From the human T2T-CHM13v2.0 reference genome, Homo sapiens: a DNA stretch of 64,000 nucleotides. Under the pieces are notes generated by a model that worked only from the letters and a program-made list of their open reading frames with translations, ran no database searches and was not told where the DNA came from. The position numbers and the translations under genes are program-made. Below, in pieces: positions 15,760-29,254 of this stretch (positions within the stretch are counted from its first letter, which is position 1; every line of letters begins with the position of its first letter). The DNA is taken from the NCBI RefSeq assembly GCF_009914755.1, contig NC_060935.1; one strand, 5' to 3'.

Positions 15760-16880
15760 AGCACCCAGCGGGGAGTCCCTGGCATAACGCAGCCAGGAGG
15801 CAGTAGAGTGGCAGGCGCCCCAGGCGGTGCAGGTGCGGCCGCGGCTGAGCGAGCGGGTGTCCGGTGTCCGCACGGGTGGCAGCGCAGGCCCTGTCGTCGC
15901 CGCCACACCAAGGCAGCTCGGAGGCTGGGGACACCCGCCCGGCCTCCGCGGCGCTGTCGCCCAGCCCTGGCACCCCCCGGGCCGAGTGCGCATCGGGCCC
16001 CGTGGGAGGCCCTGGAATGCGTCCACCGCCTGACCCGGAGCGACCCCCCGCGGCGCCCTCTCCCACCGCCCCGCCCGGGCGCCCGCTTCCTCCCGCTCCC
16101 TGCGCGCCCCCCTCCCGGCCGCCAGCCAACTGCGTGCCCCCAGGGCCGGCAAGAAGCCACATGCCCCCGCAAGGAATGCCGGGCCTGGCGGGCGGGGGGC
16201 GGGCGCTGGGCAGGGCCGGGCGGGCCGGGCCGGGCAGGGAGCTCCCCGCCGGGAAGGCTGGCGAGAGGGGGAGAGCCCGCCCGCGCCCGCCCCGGCCGCA
16301 GCCTACACCGGCCCGAGACGGGGCGGCCACGGGGCAGGGGGCGGCGCGCCCGGCCTGGGCAGCCCTCCCCTTCCCCACCGCGCGCCCCCGGCCCTGCTGG
16401 CTCGGAGGAGGGGGCAGGCCGTCACGTTTCCCCGCACCCCTCCCAGTCGCCGCCGCCGGCTTTGGGGCCCCGGTGGGGAGCAGGGGGCTGATTAGCCGAG
16501 GAGCAGGGGTGTGGCCAGCGGGGCCCCGGGTAGTGAGTCACACACGCCGCTCGCCCAGTCCCAGGGCCCAGCGCCGTCCCAGCCCCAGGCTGCGTGCCAC
16601 CCTCGCCCCGAAGAGTGTCCCCGGGCTTGGCATGAGGACCCCGGGGTGCCGAGGGAGGGGCTGAAGCCCGGCGCGGTGGTGGAGGGCGGTAAGCGGCGGG
16701 CTGGGGAGTGTCCCCTTGAGAGAGTCGGGTGGGGCTGGAGCCCTGGCTGGCCCTCGCCAGCGCCCCCAGGCCCTGCCTGTACCTGCTCTGAGCTGGCAAA
16801 GGGGCCTGGCTGCGCTCCCGGCAGTCCCAGGGTGAGGGGCTGCCCTGCCAGGCGCTGAGGGCCCGTTCGGTCTGCCCACT
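15760..16880. promoter_or_regulatory. CpG island, probable promoter/5' non-coding exon region of PRDM11
   Basis: Very high GC and CpG density, many GGGCGG/CCGCCC boxes, AP-1-like TGAGTCA at 16534-16540, candidate donors CG|GTAAGC (16689) and GG|GTGAGG (16832). Ends ~0.4 kb before the ATG exon. Confidence 0.8.
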
Positions 16881-17287
16881 ACCCCTTGGCCCAAGTTGGG
16901 CTTGAGTTGTGAACCCTCCCTTCTCCCCTTTGCAGTTTTGCGCCCAGGCTCATGTGGGATCCTCCTGCCCTTTGCCCTTTGGTCTAGGGGTCCAGGCTAT
17001 GCTTCCCAGCGCGGCCTCCTGGCCTGAGCTGCTCTAGGCTCCTGACCCCATGGGGCTGGTGGCTCCAGTCGTCCCCAGGACCAGCCCGGGATAGAAACGG
17101 CATTTCCTCTTGGCCGGGCTACAGCTGTTTTTGTTGTCTGTGTTCTCAAGTGCTTCCTCTGGGGATGGCAGGGAGGGTAACTAGACTCCGCGAGACCCCC
17201 ACTTGCCCTCTCCGCCGCTCACTCCTCTTCCCCTGTTTCTTTGATCCTCTTCCTGTGCTGGTCCCACCTCCTGCGTCCCAGGACAGA

Positions 17288-17406
17288 ATGACCGAGAACA
17301 TGAAGGAGTGCTTGGCCCAGACCAATGCAGCCGTGGGGGATATGGTGACGGTGGTGAAGACGGAGGTCTGCTCACCACTCCGAGACCAGGAGTATGGCCA
17401 GCCCTG
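17288..17406 (+). CDS. PRDM11: PRDM11 coding exon A (start codon; [11 protein letters not shown]...EYGQP)
   Basis: Acceptor ccag|GACAGAATG (exon starts 17282), ATG at 17288, donor TG|GTGAGG after 17406. The peptide matches the PRDM11 N-terminus as I recall it. GAC AGA before the ATG is in frame, so an upstream exon could extend the N-terminus. Confidence 0.93.
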
Positions 17407-17766
17407 GTGAGGCCCCTGTGTGGGAACTGGAGAGGGAGAAGTGGGAGTGGGAGGTGCCTGGGCTCGGTTGGTTGGGAACCCTGGGAAACGTTCTCACTCC
17501 TTGCCCACCTTCCCTAACCCTGCTCCCGGCAGCTCCTGGGCGCAGGCTCTAGAAAAATCCAAGCAGTGGCCTAGGGAGGTCTGTGCTCGCATCTCAATCC
17601 TCCAGTTTTTCCACCACCTCCTGCACTGAACAGCAGGCTGGCTGGGACTCCTCTGCCCACCCCACATCTTCTCGGTCTCCTGGCCAGGTCCCCAGCTTTT
17701 GTCCCCACTGGGCTCTCACTCTCTGATGACTTCTTTGCTTTCTTTGCGGGCCTCTGCCCTGGCCAG

Positions 17767-17870
17767 CTCTAGGAGACCGGACTCCTCGGCCATGGAAGTT
17801 GAGCCCAAGAAACTGAAGGGGAAGCGCGACCTCATCGTGCCCAAAAGCTTCCAGCAAGTGGACTTCTGGT
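17767..17870 (+). CDS. PRDM11: PRDM11 coding exon B ([35 protein letters not shown])
   Basis: Acceptor ccag|CTCT, donor T|GTAAGT. Phase 2 in, phase 1 out, consistent with both neighbouring exons. Confidence 0.93.
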
Positions 17871-18381
17871 GTAAGTGGAGCTTGGGGCTCTGGGCTGCTC
17901 CTCCCTTCACCCCCATCGCCCCATTCCTGGCTAGGGAATTCACAACAATGCTACTAAGATAGGTCCTCACCTGCAATATACCAGGCCCAGGTCCAGGCCT
18001 TGGTTCGTCATCATCATTAGCCATCCAAATGGCTATTGTTGGCCCCATTTTCCAGATAGCACACTGAGTCTTGGTGAGGGTTAAGTATCCCACGCCTCGA
18101 GTCCTCTGGCCCAAAGGGGTACAGTTGCACTTGGACTCCAAAGCCATGCTCTTTCTTCCAGTTTTTTAAAACTTGAGACAAAGGTAGCTGCTGGCCTCCT
18201 TGACGTAGGCAGGCCTGTTCTTGGAGCCCCCAGGGAGAGTATGGGTTATTGCTACCGATGACCCTGGGGCCTGCAGCTGGCTGTCCATGAGTGGGCCTCC
18301 TGTCAGCCCCTCTACCTCCCCCATGGGGGTCTTACCTCCCTGCAACAACTGAGGCCCTCCCTTCTCTTTCCATCCCTCCAG

Positions 18382-18644
18382 TCTGTGAGTCCTGCCAGGA
18401 GTACTTCGTGGATGAATGCCCAAACCATGGCCCCCCGGTGTTTGTGTCTGACACACCGGTGCCCGTGGGCATCCCAGACCGGGCGGCGCTCACCATCCCA
18501 CAGGGCATGGAGGTGGTCAAGGACACTAGTGGAGAGAGTGACGTGCGATGTGTAAACGAGGTCATCCCCAAGGGCCACATCTTCGGCCCCTATGAGGGGC
18601 AGATCTCCACCCAGGACAAATCAGCTGGCTTCTTCTCCTGGCTG
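18382..18644 (+). CDS. PRDM11: PRDM11 coding exon C: zinc knuckle (CESC-x7-CPNH) and start of PR/SET domain ([12 protein letters not shown])
   Basis: Pyrimidine tract + ccag|TCTGT, donor CTG|GTGAGT. FGPYEG is a hallmark PR-domain motif, and the CxxC-x7-CxxH knuckle precedes the PR domain in several PRDMs. Confidence 0.95.
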
Positions 18645-18999
18645 GTGAGTGTGCCCTGGGCTATTCATGGGAGAGGTTGCCAAGAAACATGGAAGGAAAC
18701 CACCAGGGGGAGCCATACTGGCCCAGCTTGGCCCCAGAACTTTTCTACCATCGCTTCTGGACCTGTCGATGATGGATCTTGCTGTCCCCTGGCCCCGGCT
18801 GAGTGGCTGCAACGCTTGGTGTCCAAGGGCAATGCTGAGAGCACCCACCTGGCAGTAGTCAGCAGATCAGGAAATCACCAAGCAGAACTCAGGGCAATTT
18901 CCCCATGAATCCTCATGTGTGTGTCTGGTGGACCATTGGGCAGTATTGAACCAACCGATCTTCTAGAGTGGGTGACTCGGAGCTGGCCTTTGGGGATGC

Positions 19000-20690
19000 A
19001 GAGCATGACTTCCCACTTCCAAACCAGTAATATCAGGCTCTGGGCTAGGTGCTGGGGGTAAACCCTTCAACAAGACAGACATGGTTCCTGCCCTCAGGGA
19101 GCAGACGATCTGGTAGGAAGACAGGCATTGAACAAGCAGGTACACATGTGATATCAGTTGCAACACAGGGTACTATCAATAGATGGGTTGCAAAGATGAG
19201 GAAGAGGGGTTTTCAAGGGTATGAGGAGGAAGGGTTACCAAAGCAACTTTAAGGAATCATGCTTGAGCTACTAGACAGAGATAGGGGAGGGTGGGGTAAT
19301 AGAGAAAAGCATTCTAGAGGGTAAGAAGATCCTTATTCACTACAAAAACACTTCTTGAGTATCTCCTTTGTGCCAGGCACTGGGCTGGCCCTGGAAATAC
19401 AGTGGTGGGCCAGATAAGGCAATCAGATAAATCCTGCCTTCATGGAGTTCTCTGTGGGAAAGATAGAATTAATCAAAGACTAAGACAAATCCATGTCAAA
19501 TAATAACTCTGAGGGTGATGGAGAAACAGTGAGACTGGGAAAAAGTGAACAACCAGGGGAGGTAATATGGGTAGAGGTCAGAGAAGCCTTCCTGCTAGTT
19601 GAGCTGTGATTGAAGGAGGTGAATGCCTACCAGGTGAAGATTGGAGAGGTGCATCCAGATGCCTTGGACAGCAAGAGCAAAGGCCCTGTGGCAGGAGAGC
19701 ATGGTACATCTGAGCTACTGGATGAAGGTCAGTGTGCCTGGAGTGCAGCACACACAGGGGCCTGGAGATGATGGAGGCTTGATTTTGTAGGGCCCAGTGG
19801 ACCAAATTAGGACTTCTGTCCTTTTAATAATGTAGGAGTTGGGGGAGTGACTTGGTCACATTTATGTTTTGAAAAGATGACTTTGGCTACAGCCTGGAGA
19901 ACTGATTGAGCTCAGGGGTGCTGGTCAAGAATGGGTACCCACACCCCTTTCCCCAGGTAGAGCGTGTGGGAGTTCTGTAGTCGGCAATGGTGGAAGACTG
20001 GGCTAGGGTTGGGGCAAAGACTTGGAGCCAAACGAACTGCTTTGTGAACTGTATCAGAGAGGAGAGCTCTGACTTAGACATAGACTAACTGGCCTAAGGA
20101 AGGGAGCAGGAGGTATCAAGGACATCTGCAGTCTCCCAACAGGTTGTTAATGGTGTCTTTCTCTGAGAAATGGAGGAGGCTGGAAGGGGACTGGGTTGAG
20201 GGAAAAATCATGATTTGGGTTTGGGACTTGTTGAGTTTGGAGTAACAACAAGATATCCAAGTGGTGATGTCAAGTAGGCAGTTGGATATATGGGTCCGAA
20301 GCTTGGAGAGGAGGCTTGGAGATGTTGCTTAGTGAGTCACCTGTGCATGGGTGGTCAGTGGGGGTGTGGGTGTGGAGCGCAGAACCTAGGGAGAATGTGC
20401 TGAGTGAAAGGTGGAAAGGCCTGTGAGCAAGCTTTGAGGGACTTTAGCAGTTCATGGTCTAGAAGGGGAGCTTGATCCTGCAAAGGAGACAGAGAAGGTT
20501 TGCAGCCAGAGAGGTAGGAGGGAAACCAGGAGAGTGGGTGACCTGGAAGTCAGGGGAGAAGAGAGGTTCTCCAGGCCACAATGGCTGTCAGTGCCAAGTG
20601 CTGCTGAGAAACCAGCCAGAAAGACTGAAAAGTGTCCCGTGGATTTACTACCAGGGAAGCCATGGGTGACTTTAGCAAGAGCTATTGTAG
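19000..20690. mobile_element. L2 LINE remnants
   Basis: Purine-rich L2 3'-type motifs (ggtcagagaagccttcctg, gttttggacttgttgagtttg, tggatttac...ggtgactttagcaagagc). Boundaries approximate. Confidence 0.55.
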
Positions 20691-20694
20691 AAAG

Positions 20695-20890
20695 CAGTGG
20701 GTCTGAACCTGAGGCAATTTTGCAGCCCAGCCTCCTGTCCCCGGACATTGGGCAATGTCTGGAGACCTTTTGGTTGTCACAGCTCAGCATAGGGGTAAGC
20801 TGCTGGCATCTAGCAGTTGGAGACCAGGATTACTGTAAACATTTTACAATGGACAGAATAGTCCCTCATAACAAAGAGTTATCTGCAGAA
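20695..20890. mobile_element. MER20 (hAT-Charlie MITE)
   Basis: cagtgg...gcaattttgc...ggacattgggcaatgtctggagac...ctggcatctag...aaacattttacaatggacag. Confidence 0.7.
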
Positions 20891-21249
20891 ACCCTGCTGG
20901 AGAGTGATGGGGGTGGAACCTGATTAGCATGGAGGTGACCAGGCATAGTCATTTCCTAGAAGTTTGGTTACAGATAAGATCAGAAGTGGAGGAGAAAGAT
21001 AAGAGTGAGGTGGGAGGGTGTGTGGTCAAGAGAGTTTGTTCATTAGAAAGACTTTAGCATCCTCAAAAAGCCAAGGGAGGGGTTCTGCTGAAGTGCTTGA
21101 GTGTAGAGTAGAGATAAGGCATGATTCCTAACCTTTTACATCACCTCAGAGGGTTCACATGGAGATACTGGACAAAAAAGGGGGTGGATCAGCATCATTT
21201 CTGTCCCTACAGGGTTAGCCCAGAGGATTAGAGCAGATAGAGATAGTTA

Positions 21250-21732
21250 GGTATAGTAGGCCACATAATGTCCCCCCAAAAATGTCCCTGTCCTAATCCC
21301 TAGAACTTGTAAATATACTATCTTCATGGCAGAAGGGATTTTTTGCACATGTGATTAAGTTAAGGATCTTGAGATGGGAGCGATGATCTTGGATTACCTG
21401 GGTGGGCCCAGTGTAATCACAGGCATCTTAATAAGAGGGAGGTGGGAGGCTCAGAGTCAGAGAGAAAGGGATTGGAGGATGCTGCTCTGCTGGCCTTCGA
21501 GATAGAGTAAGGAGCCGGGAGTCAAGGGATGCAGGCAGCTTCTGGAAGCCAGAAAAGTCAAAGAAACACATTAATTCCCAGAGCTTCCTGAAAGAATGTG
21601 GCCCTGCCAACACCTTGATTGTAGGACTTCTGACCTCTAGAACTATAAGGTAATACATGTGTGTTGTTTTAAGCCACTGTGGTTTTGGCAGTTTATTGGC
21701 AATTTATTACAGGAGCAACAGGGAACTCATAT
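21250..21732. mobile_element. MLT1 (MaLR) LTR
   Basis: aatgtccccccaaaaatgtc...ctaatccctagaac...gacttctgacctctagaactataag...tgttgttttaagccact. Confidence 0.8.
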
Positions 21733-23160
21733 AGGAGGCTTTTATGTTTGTGGGGGGACATCTACTAAAATATGCAGGGAGGTGGATTGAGGTGGCCTGA
21801 AATCGAGGAGATCAGAGAAGGTGAGTTCTGCTTGGGATGAGTAGAGTTCCTGGTGCCCGTGAGATGCTCAGGGGAGCTGTCCAGAGCACTCTGGTGTGTG
21901 TGGCTCTGCAGTAGAGAGATGCTGGGATGACAGGGAAAACTAAGTATATAAATTAATGCAGCTGAAGCCCGGAGAAGGGAGGGCATTTCCTACAGAAAAG
22001 GTGCTTGGGGAGGAGAGAAGAGGCATTTCCTTTGGAATATGAGTTTGAGGAATCCTTGGAGGGAGAGGAGTTGAGGAGGCATGGAGCAGTAGGAGGAGAC
22101 AGTAGGAAGTCTCCTTGGCCCCCTTGGCAGGAGCAGTCTCATGGGCGGAAGCCAGATTGCCATGGATTAAGGTGTCAGTGGGAGGTGAGGAAAGGGAACT
22201 AGCAAGGGTGCATGGCTTGTTTTAAAAGTCTGGTTGCCCACTGAGCAATTATTATATGCCAGGTGCATACTGGACACCTCTGGCATCTCATACTCTTCCT
22301 CGAAACAGTCCATAGGGTGGGGGTTGCTGCCCCTCTTGTTCTGACGAGGAAACACAGGACTCCCACAGCTGGTCCACAGTAGACCTTGGGTTCCTTCAAA
22401 GATAGTGTCCCTCCACCATGTGAGGACTTCCCTTATTGGGAGACATTGCTAATGGGGTGGAGCAGTTAATAGCTACCCTGAGCCAGTTTTGGTTATGTGT
22501 CCAGGTTCAACCCAACCTCACATACACAGAGCAACTCCAGAGCACTAGGTCCTGAGCAGGGAGCTCTGGGGATAACAGGGCTGCGTGAGGTTTGCTGTCT
22601 GTTCTTATGGAGCCTGTGGTTCAGTTATGAGGAGCAGGGGCCATGGTGGATAGGAGGGGAGGAAGCTTATTCCCAACCAAGTAATACAGAGGCAGAGTAT
22701 TGCTTGGTGATCGCAGTGCTGCAGAGGGCTGTAGCAGTAGGGAGAGGGGGATTGGTTTCAACAGGGCAGATTGGAGATGGATCTTGTCTTGAAGGATGGA
22801 TAGACGTTCAACAGAGGAAGCCTATGGCTTCACAGCCTATTGGAAAATTGCAGGAGAAAAAATCTAGGACTGTGCCCAAGGAATGGCTATTAGGATCCCT
22901 TTCTGCAGCTGCTAGAGTCTGTACCTTGGGACAGCCCAGCCATGGAAAGTTGAGAATCTTTAAAGCAGATGAACTTTCCCAGGTTGGCTGCCTGGCACAG
23001 GTCTACGGTGAGAAGAAAGGAGGAATAGAAGGCCCTGGTGTTTGCAACCTGGTTCTAGACTAGCTCCACCAGTCACGAGTAGGCGTGGCCCCAGTTCAGG
23101 AGGTGGGACTGGTGGCCTGGAGGTTATTCCCTCTGAGGTTTCTTCCTAGGGCCTTAGCTG

Positions 23161-23191
23161 CAGCCAGCAGCCAGCAGCCAGCAGCCAGCAG
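23161..23191. repeat. (CAGCCAG)n 7-bp tandem repeat, ~4 copies
   Basis: cagccagcagccagcagccagcagccagcag. Confidence 0.85.
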
Positions 23192-23318
23192 ATGGGCACA
23201 GGGAGGCAGTGGTTAGAGGCTGCAAGGCCATATGGGGGCTTTGACCTTTGGGAACCCAAGAGGTGAGAGACATTGAAGGCCTAGAGCCACCAGATGCTTA
23301 AAGTGGCTCAAGAAAAGT

Positions 23319-23320
<2 letters not shown>

Positions 23321-23359
<39 letters not shown>

Positions 23360-23362
23360 TGT
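23321..23362. repeat. (GT)n microsatellite
   Basis: GT run with one interruption. Confidence 0.95.
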
Positions 23363-24376
23363 TGGGCATGGGTTTTTGGCCTCCACTGGGGAAAAGCAGG
23401 CGTGAAGAACGGCTCTGCCTGCTCTGCTGATGGGTAGGCCAAATGGTGGGAGAGTACGGGGAAGGTGGGGTGAACAGTGGTGCTGATTTTTGGACCAAGA
23501 TCTAGAAGCCCCATATCCTAAATAAACTGCCCTCATTTGTCAAGTCCTGTCCCAAAGCCATACTGGATATCATCTTCTTTGGACCTTCTGCCTGCCTGCA
23601 AAAGCTCTGGCCCCCATTCAGCACAACACATTTCCCTCCACACTCCCTCCCTCAGTATATGCACTCTACTCTGTAGAAATGATGGTGGTGGTCATGACAA
23701 GCATAGCTGTTAATGTTTATTGAGCACTTACTATGTGTCTGGGTCTGTGCTCAGTGCTTTATAGCATAATCTCATCTGATCCTAACAACGCTCCTGTGAC
23801 ATAGGTATTATTCCATCCATTGCACAGCTGAGAAAACTGAGGCCTGGAGAGGATGAGTCATTCTGCACAAAGCTAAACAGCTGGTGAGTCACTGAGCTGG
23901 GGTTCAAACCTGTGCAGTCTGACTCCAGAACCTACCCTTCTCATTCCGCCTCTTGGCCCTCTAGCCTCCCTTACTTAGCACGCCTCTTCTTACCTCCTTG
24001 CCTGGGTAGACTCTATTCTACTCATTCTTCCTGCCCAGCACAAGTTCCCTCTTTGTCTTCGCTTAACCTGGAGGAAAGCTGGCCTGACTTTGGGCAGAGT
24101 GGTACAAGGCATGGGCCTGGGTCATAATGGACCGAATGGCCATTTCCACTCCACAACTCTCCTTCGTGGCCTGGCTGACTTGGCAGGAGTTGGACACTCA
24201 CCTCTGCCTGTCTAGGAAAGACATGCCCCTTGCTCTGCTTTTTCATCCTATTGGAAATTATAAATGCTGTGATTCATTGCCAAGATCACCCAGGCTACCC
24301 TCAGACACTGCAGGCCAGGAACCATGCTGCTGGCACGAGGCATTTGGGGGTGCTGCGCAGCCATGTGGTTTGGTAA

Positions 24377-24781
<405 letters not shown>

Positions 24782-25555
24782 TAGGGTAGCCTAGCAGTAT
24801 ACATAAAATATACCACAATGGCATATTAAAACTGGGAGAGAGAAAGAAGAAAGGAAAACAAGGGTGGAGACCCTAAGTGAAGCCAGGAATGAAGCTAAAA
24901 ATGCATACTATAATGACCTCTATCTGCACTTTTAGCTATACAGGCTCCAAATCTGGCAGCCACTGGGAGAGTAGCTGGTACATTCTGTCCATAATGTGAA
25001 AAGGACCAGGGAGCTCCTGAGGAGGTCCGCCCTTCTGGGCGCTGATACTGGATAGGTTTCCCAGGGGCCCTTATAAAGAGGACACTGTGTGGTGGAATTG
25101 TCCACTCCATGCGAGGCAGCCTCCCCACCTGCCAGACTGCTACCGTTCTGGGGAGAAGCAGATATGAAATGGTGTTTTAGTGTTTCCCATTTCAGCTTTT
25201 ATAGTAAATTGACAATTTCTTTTAAAACTTGAAAGTGGACGTGCCAGAGCTCATGGCACATCCTCCAGAAAAGCCTCTGAGAGACCCTGAGTGCTTAGCT
25301 AGATGAAATAAGCAGACAGTTGCAGTGCCATGACATGTGGTGGGGACAGGCAGGTGTTACCAAGTTCGGGGATGCTCAGAGAAGTGAGGAGTAACAGGTT
25401 TGTTCGAGAAGAAAGAAAAGGGGCGTTTGAGACAGGGTAGTCGTGCAGTGTGTGAGCATGCACGAGCAGGTGCTTTTCATGCTTGCTTGTTAATTTCTAC
25501 TCTTTATTTTGAAAGTTGCAAACTCGGTTGAAAAGTTGCAAGAATAGTGTAATGA

Positions 25556-25991
<436 letters not shown>

Positions 25992-26082
25992 TGAACTGTT
26001 TGAGATATAGTTACAGAGACATCATGACACTTTACCTCAAAACACTTCAGCCAAATTCCTAAGAGCAAGGTGTTCTTCTATA

Positions 26083-26434
26083 CCAGGGTGAGCAAACTTT
26101 TTTTTTTTTAAAGGCTACCTGGTAAATACTTTCGGCTTTATGGACTGTGCAGCCTCTGTCATAACTACTCCACTCTGCCTTTGCACTGCAAAAGCAGTCA
26201 TAGATGATACATGAATGAATGAGTGTTGCTATGTTTCAATAAAACTTTATATGAACACTGAAATTTGAATTGCATATTATTTCAAATGAAATTTGAAAGT
26301 CATAGAAATAAAATTACATAAAAATAATTTTTTAGTCATTAAAAAAATGCAACATGATTCTTAGCTTGCAGGCTGTATAAAAACAGACAATGGGGGCTGG
26401 ATTTGACCTACAGCCATAGTTGGCTGACCCCTGA
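26083..26434. mobile_element. MER58-type hAT-Charlie MITE
   Basis: Ends ccagggtgagcaaact...agttggctgacccctg, internal aactactccactctgcc...aaagcagtcataga. Confidence 0.7.
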
Positions 26435-27328
26435 GCTATTTAACCACCATATAATGATTACACCCAGGAAATTTGACATGGATACAATACTGTCTCAGCT
26501 ATAGTTCGTATTCAGATTTCCCTAATTGCCATTAGTAACATCCTTTGTGGTTTTTTCCCCATCCAGGACCCGTGCAGGTATCACACATTGCATTTAGTTG
26601 TCACATCTCATTAGTCTCCTTTATTCTAGAAAAGTCTCCCCTGTATTGTTTTTTTTCTTCATGATATTGATACTTTTGAAAAGTTCAGGCTAGTTGTTTG
26701 CATAATGTTCCACAGTTTAGATTTGTCTGATTGTTTCTTCATGGTGGATTCCGATTACAGCTTTTTGGCACAAGCAATGTTAGGTCTTTCTCACGGTGTG
26801 CCATCAGGAGGCACCTGGTGGCAGTTTGTCTTGTCTTTTACTCAATGGTTTTAACAACTATTGATGATTCTTGTCTGTATCAATTATTATTCATGGTTAA
26901 AATGATTTTTCTATTTTTTCTCTTCTACATTTATTATTTGACATTCTTCTGTTTAAAAAAGATAGTGCTCAACCTTCACCCCCACTCAATCCTCATTTAA
27001 AGCTATTTTTAGTATTCATATGAACATGAATTCTTTTTTTATTCAATGTGTTGGAATCCATGTCTGTCATTATTCATTTTGATGTTTAAATTGCCCTAGA
27101 TTTGGCCAGTGGGAACGCTTTCAAACTGGCTCCTTGTTCTTTTGACACATCCCCATCATTATTTTAGCACTTTTTCCTTACTTTCTGGCACAAAAAGATA
27201 TTCCCACTGTCTCTCGTAGGAGCTGTGATTCCTTTCAGTGGGAAATGGTGTTTAGGAGCCAAAATCTCTGAATGGTAGGTGTGCAATTGCTACTGGGGTG
27301 TCCTTGCTTCTAAGCCAAACTAGGTTTT

Positions 27329-27587
27329 ATTATTATTATTATTATTATTACTATTATTATTATTTTATTTTACTTTGAGTTCTGGGATACATGTGCAGAA
27401 CCTGCAGGTTTATTACATTGGTATACATGTGCCATGGTGGTTTGCTGTACCTAACAACCCGTCATCTAGGTTTTAAGCCTCCCATACATTAGGTATTTGT
27501 CTTAATGCTCTCCCTCCCCTCACCTCCCACCCCCGCAACAGGCCGCCGTGTGTGACTTTCCCCTCCCTGTGTCCATGTGTTCTCATT
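27329..27587 (-). mobile_element. 5'-truncated L1PA 3' end with 16-bp TSD AGCCAAACTAGGTTTT
   Basis: (TTA)n tail, ggatacatgtgcagaac...catgtgccatggtggtttgctg; identical TSD at 27313-27328 and 27588-27603. Confidence 0.9.
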
Positions 27588-28594
27588 AGCCAAACTAGGT
27601 TTTGAGGGAGGGATGGATGAGTTGATGCAAATGTCCTACCATGTCAGAAACTGAGGGAACGCAGCATAGCAGTGGTCATGGAATTTACAAAGGCCCTGGG
27701 GCACACACGTAACAGTCAGGTGGGGATGGTATTAATATTAGGGTATAACAGAGGTACCAAGTGTGTTTAGAAGGAAAAGTGGAAGATGAGACTAGAGTGA
27801 AAGTCACTTTTCTTGTGTTCTCAGATGCAATGGATCATAAAACACTGTTGATTCAATATCAGCTTTTCCAGGAGTAAAAATGAATACCTCAATCCAAAGA
27901 TTCTGAATATCAGAAGCATTAAATGGGCTCAGCTTGTGTAGCTGTTTTATAAGTGCTGGTAGTTTAGTTATTGAATCACAAACCAAACCAAAGATTTCCC
28001 CAGGAAAATGTAATATGCTCATGAACCAGTTCTGGCTGGAGCCAAGTCTGTACATCTATTGTATCAGAGCAAAAGTAGAACATGAAAAATTATTCTGAAC
28101 CTGTATAATATTTCCAGTACAGACCAGCTCCTAACCTGACCTCCTCTATTTCTTGGCTTTCCAGTCCATTCTACTGTAGCTGTGTTTCTCACACCTGAAC
28201 AGTGTTAAGTTCAGGTGATTTTTAATGTTCCTGGAGTCTTCATGTTACATTAATTTTATTTTCATGTTACTTAAAAAGGTATAAACATATAGCTTGGTAA
28301 ACACAAAGTGTCTTGTACTTATAACTTTTAAACAACTGTAAAGCCAAAACAAGTTTACACATATAAAATTAACTACAAAAACCTCAACATAATACACATT
28401 AACAAAGTCATTCTAATGGGATAGTTGATGATGTGTCACTGAAACAAAATTGCTATTTATAAGGCGAATATCGTAGTGACTACTGAGACACAGCAAGAGT
28501 CTTTGGAGTTTGGAATGCCTGTACTTTTGTGTTCAGTGTGATATCTTTACTTTCCTACTATTTGTCTCTATTTGAAACACTGGGAAATCTTTTA

Positions 28595-28765
28595 TTTATG
28601 TATGTATTTATTTATTTAGAAATGGGAACTTACTCTATTGCCCAGGCTGAGTGCAATGGCAAGATCATAGCTCACTATAACCTCAAACTCCTGGACTTAA
28701 GCCATCCTCCTGCCTCAGCCTCCAGAGTAGCTGCGATCACAGGAGTGTGCCATCACACCCATCTA
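28595..28765 (-). mobile_element. Old Alu monomer (FLAM/AluJ fragment)
   Basis: Diverged single Alu arm with (TTTA)n tail. Confidence 0.75.
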
Positions 28766-28945
28766 TCTTTGTTATTGCAACTGCCATGATGTGTCTTGGC
28801 CTTTGCTTTGCCGGAGTGCAACATTTACATATTAAGTTTATATCTGTTCTTTTTTTGTTGGCTCATAGCAAGTAGTCATAATTGGGGTTGTATGGTCAAC
28901 TGTTGGGGTAAAACAAGCTACCTAAAAACCCAGTGGCATAGAACA

Positions 28946-29254
28946 AGGGTCAGCAAGTGTTCTCTGTAAAGGGCTAGATAGTGAATATTTTAGGTTTTGC
29001 ACACTATACAGTGTCTGTCTCAATGACTCAATTCTGCCATCATGGTGCAAAAGCAGCCATCAGTGTGCCATGTTCCAATAAAAGTTTATTTATATATAGT
29101 GAAGTTTGAATTCCATATAATTTTCACATCATGAAATATTGTTTTTCTCTTGATTTATTTTCAACAATTTAAAAATCATTCTTAGCCTGGTGGGCCATGC
29201 AGAAACAGGTGGTGGGCTGGAATTAGCCCACAAGCCGTAGTTTGCTGAGCCCTG
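28946..29254. mobile_element. MER58-type hAT-Charlie MITE
   Basis: agggtcagcaag...ctgtaaagggctagatagtgaatattttagg...gtagtttgctgagccctg. Confidence 0.7.

Noticed and set aside
15466-16894. Many long overlapping ORFs (up to 266 aa) on both strands
   Set aside because: Expected in a CpG island because stop codons are scarce. The peptides are low-complexity G/A/P/R with no domain.
22497-23063. 188-aa + strand ORF
   Set aside because: Non-ATG start, overlaps degenerate L2-like sequence, no domain.
27804-28220. 83-aa minus-strand ORF and a 9-bp hairpin (CACCTGAAC/GTTCAGGTG, 28192-28217)
   Set aside because: No recognisable homology or splice context; a single 9-bp stem is compatible with chance.
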